Assembly (NCBI GenBank): GCA_963767925.1
Contig: CAVYGB010000010.1
Coordinates: forward strand, 608,001-672,000
Reading direction: 5' to 3'
From: an uncultured delta proteobacterium
Lineage (GTDB): Bacteria > Myxococcota_A > Polyangia > Fen-1088
DNA: 64,000 bases
Position 1 is the first letter of the stretch. Every line of letters starts with the position of its first letter. The notes beneath the pieces were generated by a model that did not search any database, was not told the origin of the DNA, and worked only from the letters and a program-made list of their open reading frames with translations. Both the position numbers and the translations under genes were made by a program. Positions 33,484-43,654 of the stretch are shown here, piece after piece.

Positions 33484-34014
33484 ATGGCGAAAGCAACCAA
33501 GGGTGGCCGGAAGGCGTCCAAGCCGTCGCGAACGCAACGGACGATGCCTGCGGCCGGGGGTACCAAGAGCAAGCGCGCGAGCGCAAAGAAGCCTCGGGGT
33601 CCTGCGCCAAAGGGGAAGGCGAAGGCCGCGGTGAAGGTCGCCGCGAGACGGCCGAAGGCGAAGGTGAGCGCGCCCGTCAAAAAGGCGGCGACAAAGGCGA
33701 CGACGAAGGCAGTGACGAAGGCGGCGGCGGCGAAGGCCGTGGTGACCAAGCCGGCCAAAGCGCTGACCAAGGCGGTGAGCAAGCCGGCTCGTTCGGCCAA
33801 GTCGGCCAAGTCGGCCAAGTCGGCCAAGTCGGCCAAAGCGACCAAGTCGGCGGCGGCGGCCGCGGCTCCCGCCGCGACCGGGTTCGCGCTGGGCAACAGC
33901 GAGACCGAACGCACCGACGGCGACTGGGCCGAGCGCGCGTTCTCTCCAGGGCAGGAGAGCGACGCCGCCATCGGCGATCCGCTGCCCGAAAACGACGAGT
34001 CCACCGACGAGTGA
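33484..34014 (+). CDS. Histone H1-like Lys/Ala-rich protein with acidic tail
   Basis: KAATKA and KSA repeats; ends DPLPENDESTDE. Confidence 0.7.
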   Translation: MAKATKGGRKASKPSRTQRTMPAAGGTKSKRASAKKPRGPAPKGKAKAAVKVAARRPKAKVSAPVKKAATKATTKAVTKAAAAKAVVTKPAKALTKAVSKPARSAKSAKSAKSAKSAKATKSAAAAAAPAATGFALGNSETERTDGDWAERAFSPGQESDAAIGDPLPENDESTDE

Positions 34015-34131
34015 CGGGTCGGGGGTCACCCGGCCCCCGCCCTCCCACAAGATATGCCCTTCCTGCCGGGACATGTTCTATAGTCCCAGGCGGCTCCATG
34101 CCCACCCCTTGATGGTCGCAAGAGGGTTCGC

Positions 34132-35838
34132 GTGCTCACAGACGGCAGGACGGCAAGACGGTCGACGGTGCTTGGCTTGGCCCTGCTGGCCGCGGCTTGC
34201 TCCGAATCGGCCAGCGCTCCCGGTAGCCCGCAGGCGGCCGAGCCCCCGCCCGGCGCCCGCCCGGATCCATCAGCCGCGCCGGGCGCTGGCGCGGCCCCGT
34301 GTGCCGGCGGCGAGGCCTTCTTCTCGCCCCTGCGGCGGCTGACCCGCGGCGAATACAACAACACCGTCCGCGATCTGCTGGGCGACGACAGCGCGCCGGC
34401 CGACCGTTTCCCCGCCGACGAGGTCTCGGGCGGGTTCGGAAACAACGCCGCGGTGCTGGGCGTCTCGCCCCTGCTGGCCGAGAAGTACCAGGAGGCGGCC
34501 GAGGTGCTCGCCGCGCGGGCGGTCCAGGATCTCGGCGCCCTGGTGGGCTGCGATCCGGCGCGGACCGGCGAGGAGGCCTGCGCCCGCCAGTTCGTCGAGC
34601 GCTTCGGCAGCCGGGCCTACCGGCGCCCCCTGGCCCCCGCCGAGCGCGACCGGCTGCTGGCGGTCTACGCCGCCGGGCGCATCGGGGGCAGCTTCGCCGA
34701 GGGGATCGAGCTGACCGTGCGGGCCCTGCTGCAGGCCCCGGCGTTCATCTACCGCCTCGAATACGGGCGGACCGCCCGCCCGGGCGACCGCCTCGTCGGC
34801 CTCACCGGCCACGAGGTCGCCTCCCGGCTTTCCTATTTCCTGTGGGGCACCATGCCCGACGCCCGGCTGTTCGAGGCAGCCGCCCGGGACGCGCTGGCAA
34901 CTCCGGCGCAGGTGGCGGCCCTGGCCCGGCAGATGCTCGCCGACCCGCGGGCCCGGCCGGCGGTCGTGGAGTTCCACCGGCAGTGGCTGGGGCTCTCCGC
35001 CCTCGACCACCTCGGCAAGGACGCCCGGGCCTACCCGGAGTTCGACCGGGCGCTGGCCGGGGCCATGGCGGCGGAGACGGCGGCCTTCGTGGAGGACGTC
35101 GTCTTCGCGGGCGACGGGAGCCTGCGCACCCTGCTGACGTCGAGCCGGGGGTTCGTCTCGCCGGCGCTGGCCCGCCTGTACGGGATCCCGGCGCCCTCCG
35201 GCAGCGGTCTCCGCCCGGTCGAGTTGCCCCCGGCCGAGCGGGCCGGGCTGCTGACCCAGGCCGGCTTGCTGGCGGTGCACGCCCTGCCCGACCAGAGCTC
35301 GCCGGTGCACCGGGGCAAGATGGTGCGCGAGCAGGTGCTGTGCGACCAGATGCCGCCGCAGCCACCCAACCTGATGGTGACCCCACCCGAGGTCGACCCG
35401 GGACGGCCCACCCGCGCGCGCTTCGCCCAGCACAGCGCCGACCCGGCCTGCAGCGGCTGCCACCGGCTCATGGACCCCCTCGGCTTCGGGCTGGAGGCGT
35501 ACGACGGCATCGGGCGGTTCCGGGCCCGCGACGGCGGCCGGCCGGTCGACGCCAGCGGAGAGATCCTCGACACCAGCGACGCCGACGGCCCCTTCCAGGG
35601 GGCGCGGGAGCTGGCCGAGCGGCTGGCCGACAGCCGCGACGTGCGCGACTGCGCCGCCACCCAGTGGTACCGCTTCGCCTTCGGGCGGCTGGAGGGGCCG
35701 GGCGACGCCTGCTCGCTGCGCGCCCTGCAGGACGCCTTCGCAGGGGCGCGCGGCGACGTGCGCGAGCTGCTGGTGGCGCTGACAACCACCGAGGCCTTCC
35801 TGCACCGGCCGGCGCTGCCCGGGGAGTCCGGGCGATGA
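34132..35838 (+). CDS. DUF1592/DUF1588-family lipoprotein with CxxCH
   Basis: LRRLTRGEYNNTVRDL, VASRLSYFLWG, SPVHRG, CSGCH, DPLGFGLEAYDGIG. Confidence 0.9.
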   Translation: MLTDGRTARRSTVLGLALLAAACSESASAPGSPQAAEPPPGARPDPSAAPGAGAAPCAGGEAFFSPLRRLTRGEYNNTVRDLLGDDSAPADRFPADEVSGGFGNNAAVLGVSPLLAEKYQEAAEVLAARAVQDLGALVGCDPARTGEEACARQFVERFGSRAYRRPLAPAERDRLLAVYAAGRIGGSFAEGIELTVRALLQAPAFIYRLEYGRTARPGDRLVGLTGHEVASRLSYFLWGTMPDARLFEAAARDALATPAQVAALARQMLADPRARPAVVEFHRQWLGLSALDHLGKDARAYPEFDRALAGAMAAETAAFVEDVVFAGDGSLRTLLTSSRGFVSPALARLYGIPAPSGSGLRPVELPPAERAGLLTQAGLLAVHALPDQSSPVHRGKMVREQVLCDQMPPQPPNLMVTPPEVDPGRPTRARFAQHSADPACSGCHRLMDPLGFGLEAYDGIGRFRARDGGRPVDASGEILDTSDADGPFQGARELAERLADSRDVRDCAATQWYRFAFGRLEGPGDACSLRALQDAFAGARGDVRELLVALTTTEAFLHRPALPGESGR

Positions 35839-37268
35839 CGCGGGCGATGACACCGGCAGGTGGGCCCTCCTCCGCCCGGAGCTGGCGGCGGCGCGAGCTG
35901 CTGGCCGGGCTGGGCGGTCTCGGGCTGATCCCCCTGCTGGGCGAGCGCTTCGCCCGGGCCCAGGGGCCGGCCGGGGCGAGCCCCCGGCGGCTGGTGATCT
36001 TCTATACCCCCAACGGCACCATCGGCCCGGAGTGGCGCCCGCGCGGCGGCGAGACCGACTTCACCCTGGGGCGCATCTTGACCCCCCTGGCCCCGCTGCG
36101 GTCCAGCCTGCTGGTGCTGGGCGGGGTCGACATGGCGCTGGCCGACGCCGGATTCGGGTCGCACCACACCCGTGGCATCGGGGGCCTGCTGACCGGGCGG
36201 CGCACCCTGATGGGCAACTTTCGCAGCGCGGGGCCGCCGACCGCGGGCTGGGCCAGCGGCATCTCGATCGATCAGCACATCGCCCAGCACCTCGTGCGCA
36301 CCCCGGGCGCCGCCACCCGCTTCCGCACCCTGGAGCTGGGCGTGCGGGTCATCGACGCCGAGGTGCGCGGCCGCATCTCTTACCTGGGGCCCAACCAGCC
36401 GGTGCCGCCGATGGAGAGCCCCTACGACGTGTTCGATCGGATCTTCACCGGAGGCCGGCCGCCGGGCGCAGGCGGGGTCCCGATCCCGGGGGGTCAGGCC
36501 GAGCGGCTGCGGGCCCAGCGCAAGAGCGTGCTCGACTTCCTGGGCCAGGAGCTGGCCGCCGCCCGCACCCACGTCGGGGCCGACGACCGGGCCCGCCTCG
36601 ACGCCCACCTGGAATCGGTGCGGGACATCGAGCGGCGGCTGCTGATCGACAGCGGCGCGGCGGGACCGGCCGCCGTCCCGGTGGCCGGCTGCACCCCGCC
36701 CGCCCTGACCCCCCGGATGGACGTCCAGGCCACCGAGAACCTGCCGGCGGTCGGGCGCCTGCAGATGGACCTGCTGGCGGGGGCCTTCGCCTGCGACCTC
36801 GCCCGGGTGGCGACCCTGCAGTGGACCCACGCCGAGAGCAACCAGACCTTCCCTTTCATCGGGGTGCCCGGGCAGCACCACGCCATGTCGCACGCGGGGG
36901 ACGGGGACGTGGCCGCCCGGGAGAGCTTGACCCGGATCAACGGGTTTTACGCCGAGCAATTCCGCTACCTGCTGGAGAAGCTGGCCGCCCACCGCGAGGG
37001 GGACCGGACCCTGCTCGACAACACCGCGGTGCTCTGGGCCATCGAGATCGGCAAGGGGAACAACCACGCCCACCGGGACCTCCCGTTCCTGCTGGCGGGG
37101 AGCTGCGGGGGCGCCTTCCGCACCGGCCGCTTCCTCGACTACCAGGCCCAGGGCCGCAGCCAGCCGCACAACAACCTGCTGGTCTCGCTGGCCAACGCCA
37201 TGGGCCTGCCCGACGCCAGCTTCGGCGACCCCGAACACTGCACCGGCCCCCTGCCCGACCTGGGATAG
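35835..37268 (+). CDS. DUF1552-family protein with Tat-like signal
   Basis: RRRELL, FYTPNG, SIDQHIA, AFACDLARV, HHAMSH, TLLDNT; ATGA overlap with upstream gene. Confidence 0.9.
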   Translation: MTRAMTPAGGPSSARSWRRRELLAGLGGLGLIPLLGERFARAQGPAGASPRRLVIFYTPNGTIGPEWRPRGGETDFTLGRILTPLAPLRSSLLVLGGVDMALADAGFGSHHTRGIGGLLTGRRTLMGNFRSAGPPTAGWASGISIDQHIAQHLVRTPGAATRFRTLELGVRVIDAEVRGRISYLGPNQPVPPMESPYDVFDRIFTGGRPPGAGGVPIPGGQAERLRAQRKSVLDFLGQELAAARTHVGADDRARLDAHLESVRDIERRLLIDSGAAGPAAVPVAGCTPPALTPRMDVQATENLPAVGRLQMDLLAGAFACDLARVATLQWTHAESNQTFPFIGVPGQHHAMSHAGDGDVAARESLTRINGFYAEQFRYLLEKLAAHREGDRTLLDNTAVLWAIEIGKGNNHAHRDLPFLLAGSCGGAFRTGRFLDYQAQGRSQPHNNLLVSLANAMGLPDASFGDPEHCTGPLPDLG

Positions 37269-37295
37269 CGCGGGCAGGCGCGGTACTCTCGGGCG

Positions 37296-38429
37296 ATGGT
37301 TCGTTGGCGCAAGCGTGCCCGGCAGACGGGCGTCGTTCTCGGGATGTCGGCGGCGCTGGCCGGGGGCGACGGCCAGGCCGCCACGACGACGGCCCGGCCG
37401 GTCCCCTTCACCGCCCAGATCGAGCAGGAGGCCGGCACCGGCTGGGGCATCGTGGTGCTCCGCTACCAGGACCCGCGCGAGCCGGCCCGGAACCTCGAGG
37501 TGAAGGTGGCGCCCGCGGCGGGCGGCAACCTGTTTTCGCTGCAGGTGGGGGACGAGGAGCTGCTGATGCAGCCGCCCGCCCTGGCCGAGCTGGTCGAGCA
37601 GCGCGCGGGCACGCCCATCATGTTCCCGACGCCCAACCGGGTCCGCGACGGCAAGATGACCTTCGAGGGGCGCAGCTTCACCTTCCCCCCCAACAACCAG
37701 ACCAACTTCATCCACGGCCTGGCCCGCAAGCGCCCCTGGGAGACCGGCCCCCTGCGCGCCGACGCGACGTCGGCGAGCGTCGATCTCTTCCTGGTGTGGG
37801 ACGACCGCCAGCCCGAGTTCGAGCTGTTCCCCATCAAGCACCGGCTGACGGTCAGCTACACCCTCCGCCGCTCGGGGATCCGGTTCGCCTACAAGGTCGA
37901 CAACCAGGACCGCAGCCGCCTCCCCTTCGGGTTCGGCCTGCACCCCTATTTTCGCATCCCGGGTGACCGGGACGAGGTGCGGGTGAAGGTGCCGCTCGAG
38001 CAGCGGATGGAGGCGGTGGAGATGTTGCCTACCGGGGAGCTGATCGCGGTGGCCGACACGCCGTTCGACCTGCGCCGGCCGCGCGCGCTGACCGACCTGC
38101 GGCTCGACGACGTGTACCTCGGCATGACGCCGGAGAAAGCGGCCTGGTTCGAGCTGAGGGAGCATGGGCTGCGCGTCGAGCTGAGCGGGTCGCGCGAGCT
38201 GACCCACCTCGTGGTGTTCACGCCACCCGACCGCCCATTTTTCTGCATCGAGAACCAGACCTCCTCGACCGACGCCCACAACCTGTGGGCCCAGGGCAAG
38301 AAGAAGGCCTCGCACCTGCTGATCGTGGCGCCCGGCAAGAGCGCCCGCGGCCACGTGGAGTGGACCATCCGGCGCATCCCCACCCCTTCGCGGGGCCCCG
38401 GAGGCGGCAAGGCGCGCCTGCCGGCCTGA
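37296..38429 (+). CDS. Aldose 1-epimerase family protein, probably exported
   Basis: FPTPNRV, IHGL, FGLHPYF, LDDVY, FCIE. Confidence 0.88.
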   Translation: MVRWRKRARQTGVVLGMSAALAGGDGQAATTTARPVPFTAQIEQEAGTGWGIVVLRYQDPREPARNLEVKVAPAAGGNLFSLQVGDEELLMQPPALAELVEQRAGTPIMFPTPNRVRDGKMTFEGRSFTFPPNNQTNFIHGLARKRPWETGPLRADATSASVDLFLVWDDRQPEFELFPIKHRLTVSYTLRRSGIRFAYKVDNQDRSRLPFGFGLHPYFRIPGDRDEVRVKVPLEQRMEAVEMLPTGELIAVADTPFDLRRPRALTDLRLDDVYLGMTPEKAAWFELREHGLRVELSGSRELTHLVVFTPPDRPFFCIENQTSSTDAHNLWAQGKKKASHLLIVAPGKSARGHVEWTIRRIPTPSRGPGGGKARLPA

Positions 38430-38680
38430 CGCAGAGGGGGGAGCCGGCGCCCACGGGACGGGAGGCTGAGACGGCACCGCTCCCCGCACCCCCCGGGTGC
38501 CCGGTATTTTCACGGGCGAATGGCCGCAACCTACGGGCCCCTCCCCATGTTATTGAACGCTGTCCGACAGTGGCGGAGGCCTCGCGCCACTATGGATTGA
38601 TCGAGTTTGTCTCGTTCGCGGGTCGTCTCGTTCGCGGGTCGTCTCGTTCGTGGTCCGAGCTGAACGTCCCGGGGGAAACC

Positions 38681-40628
38681 ATGGTCCACAGCAAGCCCAG
38701 CCTGCGATCCGGCCGCGCCTCGTTTTGCCTCGTCGGCCTGGCCGCCCTGGCGGTCGTCGCAGCCTGCGATCTCTCCACCGTCAACACGGCGGCCATCGGG
38801 CAGATCGCCGATGGCGGCGGCCCGGAGGTCTCCGGACCCGCGACAGGCGGTGGCGACAACGCTGGCGGCGTCGTCGCGGACCCGCCCTGCACCGGGCAGG
38901 CGACCCTGGACGTCGGCGCGAGCTGCCGCTGCGCCAGCGAGTGCGTGACCGGCGTGTGCGTCGAGGGGGCCTGCGGCGTCCAGCGGGAGCTCGGGCAAGC
39001 CTGCGAGACGGCCACCCAGTGCGACTCCGGCTACTGCGCTGACGGCGTCTGCTGCAACGTCGCCTGCACCGGCGCCTGCGTCTCCTGCAACGAGCCCCAG
39101 CAGGAGGGCGCCTGCCTGGCCGCCCCGGCCGGAGCCCCCGACAAGCACGGCGTCTGCCAGACCGAGTCGGAGGCGACCTGCGGGCAGAGCGGCACCTGCA
39201 ACGGCCAGGGCGGGTGCACCCGCTGGTCCGCGGGCACCGTGTGCAAGCCAGCCGGCTGCGAAGGCGCCGGCTCCTTCGTCCCCGCCAGCCTTTGCGACGG
39301 CGACGGCACCTGCCAGCCGGGCATCGCCGTGGCCTGCGCCCCCTCGACCTGTGTCGCCGGGTCCTGCCTGAGTAGCTGCTCGGACAGCAGCGTCTGTGCC
39401 CCTTCCCAGACCTGCGTCGGCGGAAGCTGCGGCCTGCGGGGCCTCGGCCAGGACTGCCAGCAGGACGGCCAGTGCGCCTCCGGCCAGTGCGTCGACGGCG
39501 TCTGCTGCGAGAGCGCCTGCGCCGGCAAGTGCACCTTCTGCGCCCAGCCCGAGAGCCGCGGCCGCTGCCTCCCCGTCCGCGCCGGCACCCGCGACCAGCG
39601 CGCCGCCCGCGGCGAGACCGACCCCGCCCGCATCTGCGCCGACGAAGGCGCTAGCAGCTGCGGCAGCAACGGCCGCTGCGACGGCGAAGGCGACTGCCAG
39701 CGCTACCCCGACGACACCGTCTGCCGCCCCGCCCGCTGCGACAGCGGCGACAACGCCGAAATAGCCGCCGGCCGCTGCGCCGGAGGCTCCTGCCGCGACG
39801 GCAGCCAGCGCAACTGCGCCCCCTACCGCGGCTGCAGCGACGACCGCTGCCGCCCCGGCTGCGACAGCGACAGCCAGTGCACCAACGGCACCGCCTGCAT
39901 CAACAACGACTGCCGCCGCCCCCCCGACCCGGACAACGGCGGCGGCAACAACGGCGGCGGTGGACCCGGCGGCGGCAACAACGGCGGCGGCCAGGGCGGC
40001 GGTGGTAACCGTGGCGGTGGCGAAGGCGGCGGCGGTGAAGGCGGCGGCGGCAACCGCGGCGGTGGCGAAGGCGGCAACGGCAACCGCGGCGGTGGCGAAG
40101 GCGGCAACGGCAACCGCGGCGGTGGCGAAGGCGGCGGCAACCGCGGCGGTGGCGAAGGCGGCGGCGGCAACCGTGGCGGCGGTGGCGAGGGCGGCGGCGG
40201 CAACCGTGGCGGCGGTGGCGAAGGCGGCGGCAACCGCGGCGGTGGCGAAGGCGGCAACGGCAACCGCGGCGGTGGCGAAGGCGGCGGCAACCGCGGCGGT
40301 GGCGAAGGCGGCGGCGGCAACCGTGCGGCGGTGGCGAGGGCGGCGGCAACCGCGGCGGTGGCGAGGGCGGCGGCGGCAACCGTGGCGGTGGCGAAGGCGG
40401 CGGCGGCAACCGTGGCGGCGAGGGCGGCGGCGGCAACCGCGGCGGTGGCGAAGGCGGCAAGGCGGCAACCGCGGCGGTGGCGAAGGCGGCGGTAACCGTG
40501 GCGGTGGCGAAGGCGGCGGCGGCAACCGTGGCGGCGGTGGCGAGGGCGGCGGCGGCAACCGTGGTGGCGGCGACCGTGGCGGTGGCGGCGGCCCACGGGG
40601 CGGCGGTGGCGGCCCCCGGGGCAACTAA
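38681..40628 (+). CDS. Cys-rich lipoprotein with Gly/Arg/Glu repeat tail; two apparent frameshifts in the tail
   Basis: Lipobox VAAC, repeated C.SG.C.DGVCC modules; single-base losses near 40325 and 40460; the repeat frame ends GPRGN-stop at 40628. Confidence 0.75.
39995..40590 (+). repeat. Tandem 27-33 bp repeats encoding NRGGGEGGG
   Basis: aaccgcggcggtggcgaaggcggcggc units, roughly 18-20 copies. Confidence 0.9.
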
Positions 40629-40965
40629 CACGGCCCGGCGATAGTCCACCCGCAACCAGCCCGTCGGCCCCTCCTCGCGCAGCGGGGAGGAGCAGCGCAC
40701 GCGGAATCGTCGGCTCGATCGATCAGCCCACCCGCGCTCGGTCGAACGTCGATGGGACTTCCGGCCTCTGCCGGTAGCCGTCTCAGCGATGCCAACCCCC
40801 GCCCTCGCACGCAAGGTCACATGCAGCGAGTGAGCCCTCTTGTGCGGAACCAGCGCCTGATGTGGCGTCGGCCGCCCCGCCCCATTTCGCCGCCACCCCC
40901 TCCCCGACGTCCTGGGCAAGGCGAGCTGAGTGCAAGGACCACGGCCTTTCATTTGAAAAGGCCAA

Positions 40966-41132
40966 TCTAGTCCCCTGGAAAGGTGATTTCTTGCCTATCT
41001 CGCCGGTCCTCTTCGTCCCTGGCTGCGTTGCCCGTCGGTTAAATACGCCGGGTATTCGCCCTCCTCGCGCCTCGCCAGGAACGAAGATGCCTCGCCGACA
41101 TAGGCAAGCCTTCACCTTTCCAGGGGACTAGA
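40966..41132. mobile_element. 167-bp MITE-like element with long terminal inverted repeats
   Basis: Perfect 21-bp IR TCTAGTCCCCTGGAAAGGTGA / TCACCTTTCCAGGGGACTAGA, imperfect pairing to ~58 bp, CTAG at both ends. Confidence 0.65.
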
Positions 41133-41531
41133 CTGTACACCGCTACGTGCTCCGGCGGCCTGGAGACGCGGGCTGGAATGCCAAACCTCCGCGCCAGCCC
41201 ACCGACGTGTGAGGCGACGGCGGGCTGGGCTGGGGGTCAGGTCAGGTAGCCGCCCCGCCGCCCAACCGCGTGCGCGCCGGAGGTCGACGACGCGCCGGCG
41301 CTGGCTGATGGCACCGGGGTGGTCACGGGCTGCGCGCTCGGTGCTGGCTTGGCCCACCTGGCCTGGGCGCTCGCGCTGACTTCGTCGATTCGGACGCGGC
41401 TGGATGGTGGCCCTCGCGAGCAGGGAACGGGATCCGTCTGACGTGCACGTCTCACGTGCTCGTGCACGTCCCACGCCAGGAGGAGCCCGCGGCGTCCCGC
41501 CGACCCCGGCGCGGGTGGTAATGTCTGGCGC

Positions 41532-42596
41532 ATGGCTGGGCCGGAACCTACGGAAGGGCCGTTGACGGTGGAGGAGTTGCAGCTTGCGGCGCGCAATCGG
41601 GGGCTTCCTCTCGAGGCGCTCCGGTACGACGTCACGCCAAGCGGGCTGCATTACCTCCTCGTTCACTTCGACATCCCGGCGATTGACGAGCAGGGGTGGC
41701 GGCTGGAGGTTGGCGGCAACTTCCGGCGGCCGCTCTCGCTCACGCTGGAGCAGATCCGGGCGCGGCCGGTGGTGACGGTGCCGGTGACGCTGGAGTGCGC
41801 CGGCAACGGGCGGGCCCGGCTGTTTCCCCGGCCGATCAGTCAGCCGTGGCTCAACGAGGCGGTCAGCACGGCGGTCTGGACTGGCACGCCGCTGGCCGGG
41901 CTGCTTCACGAGGCCGCGCCGGAGGCCGGCACGGTCGAGCTCGTGTTCACCGGCGCCGACCACGGGGTCGAGAAGGGGTACGAACACGACTACGCCCGCA
42001 GCCTCTCGCTGGAGGACGCGCTGGCACCGGAGGTCCTGCTCGCCTACGAGATGAACGGGCGGCCGCTCGAGCCACAACATGGGTTCCCGCTGCGGCTGCT
42101 CGTGCCGGGCTGGTACGGGATGACCCAGGTCAAGTGGCTGCGCCGGATCGAGGCGGTGACCACGCCCTTCGACGGCTACCAGCAGCGGGTGGCCTACTGG
42201 TACAAGCAGAACGCGACCGAGGTGGGCGAGCCGGTGACCCGGATCCGACCGCGCGCGCTGATGGTGCCGCCGGGGTTCCCGGACTTCCTCACCCGCCGGC
42301 GCACGCTCGAGCAGGGAACGGTGCTGGTGGCCGGGCGCGCCTGGTCGGGCGGCGGACCCATCGTGAAGGTCGAGCTGGCGGTCGACGGCGGCTGGCGGCC
42401 GGCGGTGCTGGATGCTCCCGCGGGCGACTTCGCCTGGCGCCGCTGGTCATGCGCCTGGGAGGCCACGCCCGGCGAGCACGTACTCGCCTGCCGCGCGACC
42501 GACGCGACCGGAAGCGCCCAGCCGATCGATCAACCCTGGAACTACCAGGGAATGGGCAACAACCTCGTCCAGACCGTCCCGGTGACCGTCCGCTGA
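41532..42596 (+). CDS. Sulfite oxidase-family molybdoenzyme
   Basis: LECAGNGR, LLAYEMNG, HGFPLRLLVPGWYG, VKWL, dimerisation domain with RATD. Confidence 0.92.
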   Translation: MAGPEPTEGPLTVEELQLAARNRGLPLEALRYDVTPSGLHYLLVHFDIPAIDEQGWRLEVGGNFRRPLSLTLEQIRARPVVTVPVTLECAGNGRARLFPRPISQPWLNEAVSTAVWTGTPLAGLLHEAAPEAGTVELVFTGADHGVEKGYEHDYARSLSLEDALAPEVLLAYEMNGRPLEPQHGFPLRLLVPGWYGMTQVKWLRRIEAVTTPFDGYQQRVAYWYKQNATEVGEPVTRIRPRALMVPPGFPDFLTRRRTLEQGTVLVAGRAWSGGGPIVKVELAVDGGWRPAVLDAPAGDFAWRRWSCAWEATPGEHVLACRATDATGSAQPIDQPWNYQGMGNNLVQTVPVTVR

Positions 42597-42676
42597 CCCA
42601 GGCCTCCCCCCGGCGGCGCGGCCGGCGGTGTCGGAGGGCACGGGTTGGCTGATAGAGTCGGGGGGAGTTGCAGCCG

Positions 42677-43654
42677 ATGAGCGAGGTCCTGAGCGCGTTC
42701 GAGCCGGTTCCGGTCGAGAGGGGGGAGGCTCCTGTGGTTGCGCTGCGCGGGCTGGTGAAGACCTACCGCCAGCTCGAGGCGCTGCGCGGGCTGGATCTGA
42801 CTGTCGCGCCCGGACAGATCTATGGCTTTCTCGGGCGCAATGGGGCGGGCAAGTCGACGGCTTTGCGGATCATCATGGGGATCACGCGAGCCACGGCGGG
42901 GGTGGTCGAGCTGTTCGGTCGCCCGCTTGTGGGCGAAGATCCCCGGGTGCGGCGGCGCATCGGCTACGTGGCGCAGGAGCAGGCGTTTTATGCCTGGATG
43001 ACGCCGCTCGGGCTGGGGCGTTTCGTGGCCGGGTTCTATCCGACCTGGAGCGACGCGGAGTTTGGCCGCCTCCTCTCGTTGCTGGAGGTGCCGCCGGAGC
43101 GGAAGATCGGGACGTTCTCCGGCGGGATGAACGCCAAGCTGGCGCTGGCGCTCGCCCTGGCACACGGGCCCGACCTGCTCGTGCTCGACGAGCCGACGGC
43201 CGGGATGGATCCCCTGGCGCGGCGGGAGTTCCTCCAGCTCGTGCGGGCCCAGGCCCGCCGCCAGGGGCGTACGACCCTGTTTTCCTCCCACCTGATCGAC
43301 GAGGTCGAGCTGGCGGCCGACACCATCGGCATCATCGACGGTGGCCGCATGTTGTGGCAGGGCCCGGCCGAGTCGCTGCAGCGGCAATTCCTCCGGTTGC
43401 GCCAGCACTCCACCGGCGCTGATCCTACGTCACCGCCGCCGTCGCCGCCGTCTTTGCTCCTCCGGCCGCCCTCCGAGAGCGGGCTGGTCCTGGTCGACGA
43501 CCGCCTCGACGGCGACACCCGCACGGTCCTCGTGCGCGCCGAGGATCCGGCCGCGCTGCAGGCCCTGGCAGCGGAGGCGGCGGGCTGGGAGATGGGACAA
43601 CCCTCCCTCGAAGACGTGTTCGTCGCGCTGGTCCGGCGCCCGATCCCCGCTTGA
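42677..43654 (+). CDS. ABC-2 type exporter ATP-binding subunit
   Basis: GRNGAGKST, FSGGM, LDEPTAGMDP, FSSH, SLEDVF. Confidence 0.93.
   Translation: MSEVLSAFEPVPVERGEAPVVALRGLVKTYRQLEALRGLDLTVAPGQIYGFLGRNGAGKSTALRIIMGITRATAGVVELFGRPLVGEDPRVRRRIGYVAQEQAFYAWMTPLGLGRFVAGFYPTWSDAEFGRLLSLLEVPPERKIGTFSGGMNAKLALALALAHGPDLLVLDEPTAGMDPLARREFLQLVRAQARRQGRTTLFSSHLIDEVELAADTIGIIDGGRMLWQGPAESLQRQFLRLRQHSTGADPTSPPPSPPSLLLRPPSESGLVLVDDRLDGDTRTVLVRAEDPAALQALAAEAAGWEMGQPSLEDVFVALVRRPIPA

Noticed and set aside
34132..37268. DUF1592/DUF1552 pair as a novel system
   Set aside because: Function unknown, but a very common, well-catalogued pair in myxobacteria and planctomycetes
41140..41530. Short ORFs and a GTGCACGT palindrome cluster (41440-41470)
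   Set aside because: No coding motifs or RBS; too little support for a function
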